Below are positions 62,230 through 64,000 of a stretch of DNA of 64,000 nt, piece after piece. The notes under the pieces were generated by a model. That model had not been told where the DNA came from, did no database searches, and was given only the letters and a program-made list of their open reading frames with translations. Location of the stretch: positions 1,235,171 through 1,299,170 of the forward strand of contig CAVTDJ010000002.1 of NCBI GenBank assembly GCA_963733575.1, given 5' to 3'. The translations under genes were made by a program, and so were the position numbers. How positions within the stretch are numbered: the stretch's first letter is position 1; each line of letters starts with the position of its first letter. The DNA comes from an uncultured Alphaproteobacteria bacterium. GTDB taxonomy: Bacteria; Pseudomonadota; Alphaproteobacteria; Rhizobiales; Xanthobacteraceae.

Positions 62230-62484
62230 GGATGCGTTCCTCGATGTTGAACAAGGCGGCTTATGCCTTCGCTGGCCAAGTGAAACAGGCCATTTGGCCC
62301 TCGAGAAAGGTCGCCGCCGCCGTGGTGGTCAAATCGCCTAAAACATAAGCAGTGGGGGGCGTCGGCATGCGCGTGATGCCCTCCCGTCGCCCGTCCGAGT
62401 TGGCGCAAAGATTGCTACACTTACGCTACCGCCATTGATGCGGCAGGCGTTTCGCGTGCGAGCTCGAGTGGGCCGAGGGCCGAC

Positions 62485-63894
62485 ATGTTCGACGAGATGA
62501 AGGGCAGCGAGGGCGCCGTCCGGCCGGCCTATGCCGAGCTGTCGGATTGGCTGGGCGAGGTGCCCCCCGACGTACTCGATTTCCGCCGGCGCGAGGCCGA
62601 ACACTTCTTCCGCCGCATTGGCATCACCTTTGCGGTCTATGGCGACCCCGAAGCGCAAGAACGACTCATTCCCTTCGACGTCATTCCCCGGATCCTCACG
62701 GCGTCCGAGTGGCAAATCCTGCAACGCGGTCTGGAGCAACGCGTCAAAGCGATCAATGCCTACATCAAGGACGTGTACGGCCGCCGCGAGATTCTCAGGG
62801 CCGGCATCGTTCCAGAGGATCTGGTTTTTCAAAATCCGGTTTTCCGCCCGGAGATGAACGGGCAAAAGGTGCCGCACGACATTTACGTTCATGTCGCCGG
62901 CATCGACATCGTGCGCGTGGACGCCGAAAACTTTTATGTGCTCGAGGACAACGCGCGCACGCCCTCCGGCGTCTCCTACATGCTGGAGAACCGCGAGATC
63001 ATGCTGCGGCTCTTCCCCGAGCTGTTCTCGCGCTACCGGGTGGCGCCGGTCGAGAACTACCCGGACGAACTCCTGGCGACGTTGACATCGATCGCGCCAC
63101 CAACCGCCTCGGCCGAGCCGACAGTCGTGCTGCTCACGCCCGGCGTCTACAACTCCGCCTATTACGAGCACTCGTTCCTGGCGGACAAGCTTGGCGTCGA
63201 ATTGGTCGAGGGCCGCGATCTCGTGGCCAAGGGCGACGTCATCTACATGCGCACGACCGAGGGCCTCAAGCGGGTCGATGTGATCTACCGGCGCATCGAC
63301 GACGATTTCCTCGATCCTCTGGTGTTCCGGCCCGACAGCGCGCTCGGCGTGCCGGGTCTGATGTCGGCCTACCAGGCGGGTAACGTCACGCTGGCTAATG
63401 CGGTCGGCACCGGCATTGCCGACGACAAGGCGGTCTACAGCTACATGCCGGACATCGTGAAATTCTATCTCGGCGAGGAACCGCTCCTGAAGAACGTGCC
63501 GACGTGGCGCTGCCGGGAGAGCGAACACCTTTCTTATGTGCTCGACAACATCGAGGACCTTGTGGTGAAGGAGGTGCACGGCTCCGGCGGCTATGGCATG
63601 CTGATCGGACCGAAGGCGGATAAGGCATCGGTCGCTGCGTTCCGCGCCAAGCTCAAATCCGATCCGAAAAATTTCATCGCTCAGCCGACGCTCGCGCTCT
63701 CGACCTGTCCCACTTGCGTCGAGGAGGGGATCGCGCCGCGCCACGTCGATTTGCGCCCCTTCGTGTTATCGGGCCGCGATCGCATCCGCATCGTACCGGG
63801 CGGACTGACGCGCGTCGCGCTGAAAAAGGGCTCGCTCGTGGTCAATTCGAGCCAGGGCGGCGGCACCAAGGACACGTGGGTGCTGGCCGGATGA
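62485..63894 (+). CDS. Circularly permuted type-2 ATP-grasp family protein
   Basis: 469 aa with [14 protein letters not shown]...[10 protein letters not shown]...[20 protein letters not shown]...[13 protein letters not shown]...[16 protein letters not shown], the pattern of the DUF404/DUF407-type ATP-grasp proteins. The 62338..63744 minus ORF is its antisense shadow. Confidence 0.78.
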   Translation: MFDEMKGSEGAVRPAYAELSDWLGEVPPDVLDFRRREAEHFFRRIGITFAVYGDPEAQERLIPFDVIPRILTASEWQILQRGLEQRVKAINAYIKDVYGRREILRAGIVPEDLVFQNPVFRPEMNGQKVPHDIYVHVAGIDIVRVDAENFYVLEDNARTPSGVSYMLENREIMLRLFPELFSRYRVAPVENYPDELLATLTSIAPPTASAEPTVVLLTPGVYNSAYYEHSFLADKLGVELVEGRDLVAKGDVIYMRTTEGLKRVDVIYRRIDDDFLDPLVFRPDSALGVPGLMSAYQAGNVTLANAVGTGIADDKAVYSYMPDIVKFYLGEEPLLKNVPTWRCRESEHLSYVLDNIEDLVVKEVHGSGGYGMLIGPKADKASVAAFRAKLKSDPKNFIAQPTLALSTCPTCVEEGIAPRHVDLRPFVLSGRDRIRIVPGGLTRVALKKGSLVVNSSQGGGTKDTWVLAG

Positions 63895-63907
63895 GGGCGA
63901 GCTAGCG

Positions 63908-64000
63908 ATGCTGTCGCGCACGGCGGATAATCTCTACTGGCTCGCCCGTTACGTCGAGCGCGCGGAATATCTGGCTCGCATCCTCGACACGACGTACCGG
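63908..64000 (+). CDS. Alpha-E domain (DUF403) protein, first 31 codons only
   Basis: [31 protein letters not shown] is the characteristic alpha-E N-terminus. It runs off the window. Confidence 0.7.
   Translation, partial: MLSRTADNLYWLARYVERAEYLARILDTTYR

Noticed and set aside
62338-63744. 468-aa minus-strand ORF.
   Set aside because: It is antisense to the circularly permuted ATP-grasp gene, which has clear family blocks.

Overview
This is a high-GC (judged by eye) bacterial chromosomal segment. Its gene content resembles a free-living alphaproteobacterium, possibly Hyphomicrobiales-like, but that is inference only. All family calls come from reading the ORF translations by eye; no searches were run. 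I support about 65 genes.

Left flank (1-33 kb):
- Partial propionyl-CoA-carboxylase-like alpha chain, which runs off the window and is missing from the ORF track.
- Secreted phosphatase, 1-Cys peroxiredoxin, MDR oxidoreductase, and glutathione-dependent formaldehyde dehydrogenase.
- Two PaaI thioesterases with a MarR regulator, and a MetE-like methyltransferase.
- A copper module: DUF411, a Met-rich Spy/CpxP-like protein, and csoR divergent from a YHS-type copA with a palindromic operator between them.
- GAF-GGDEF cyclase, UvrD-like helicase, pirin, and an MgtC/DUF4010 protein.
- A SulP-STAS-cNMP transporter, a PilZ protein next to a multiply frameshifted EAL remnant, an MCP with a heme-c DUF3365 partner, an enoyl-CoA hydratase, a VIT1 transporter, and an orphan FixJ/LuxR response regulator.

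Centre (33.7-46.4 kb): an 18-gene gas-vesicle (gvp) cluster, all on the + strand, with many overlapping stop/start junctions.
- Recognisable gvp genes: gvpA, gvpN, a GvpH-like Hsp20, gvpF, gvpG, gvpO, gvpJ, a gvpS-like gene, gvpK and three further GvpF/L paralogues.
- Non-canonical members: a Cdc48/VAT-like double AAA+ ATPase, a GvpL paralogue fused to a J domain with an intact HPD motif, an HExxH metalloprotease-like protein, an AbrB/MazE-like-N-terminus protein preceded by three phased 12-bp repeats, a helical protein in the gvpC position, a coiled-coil protein after gvpN, and a small four-Cys protein.
- One GvpF/L paralogue carries a frameshift.
- This chaperone/unfoldase-equipped gvp cluster is my best candidate for something new.

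Right flank (46.8-64 kb):
- A decayed arylsulfatase region: a frameshifted gene, a perfect 66-bp tandem duplication across its stop codon, and a second truncated sulfatase remnant.
- A PAS protein, tRNA-Leu(UAA), a cupin, gpt, a class III nucleotidyl cyclase and a CinA-like protein.
- A fatty-acid beta-oxidation block: three ACADs, an acyl-CoA ligase, an SDR, a FadB-like enzyme and a PaaI thioesterase.
- The start of a circularly permuted ATP-grasp / alpha-E operon.

Many long ORFs in the track are antisense shadows of real genes, as is typical of high-GC DNA, and were rejected.
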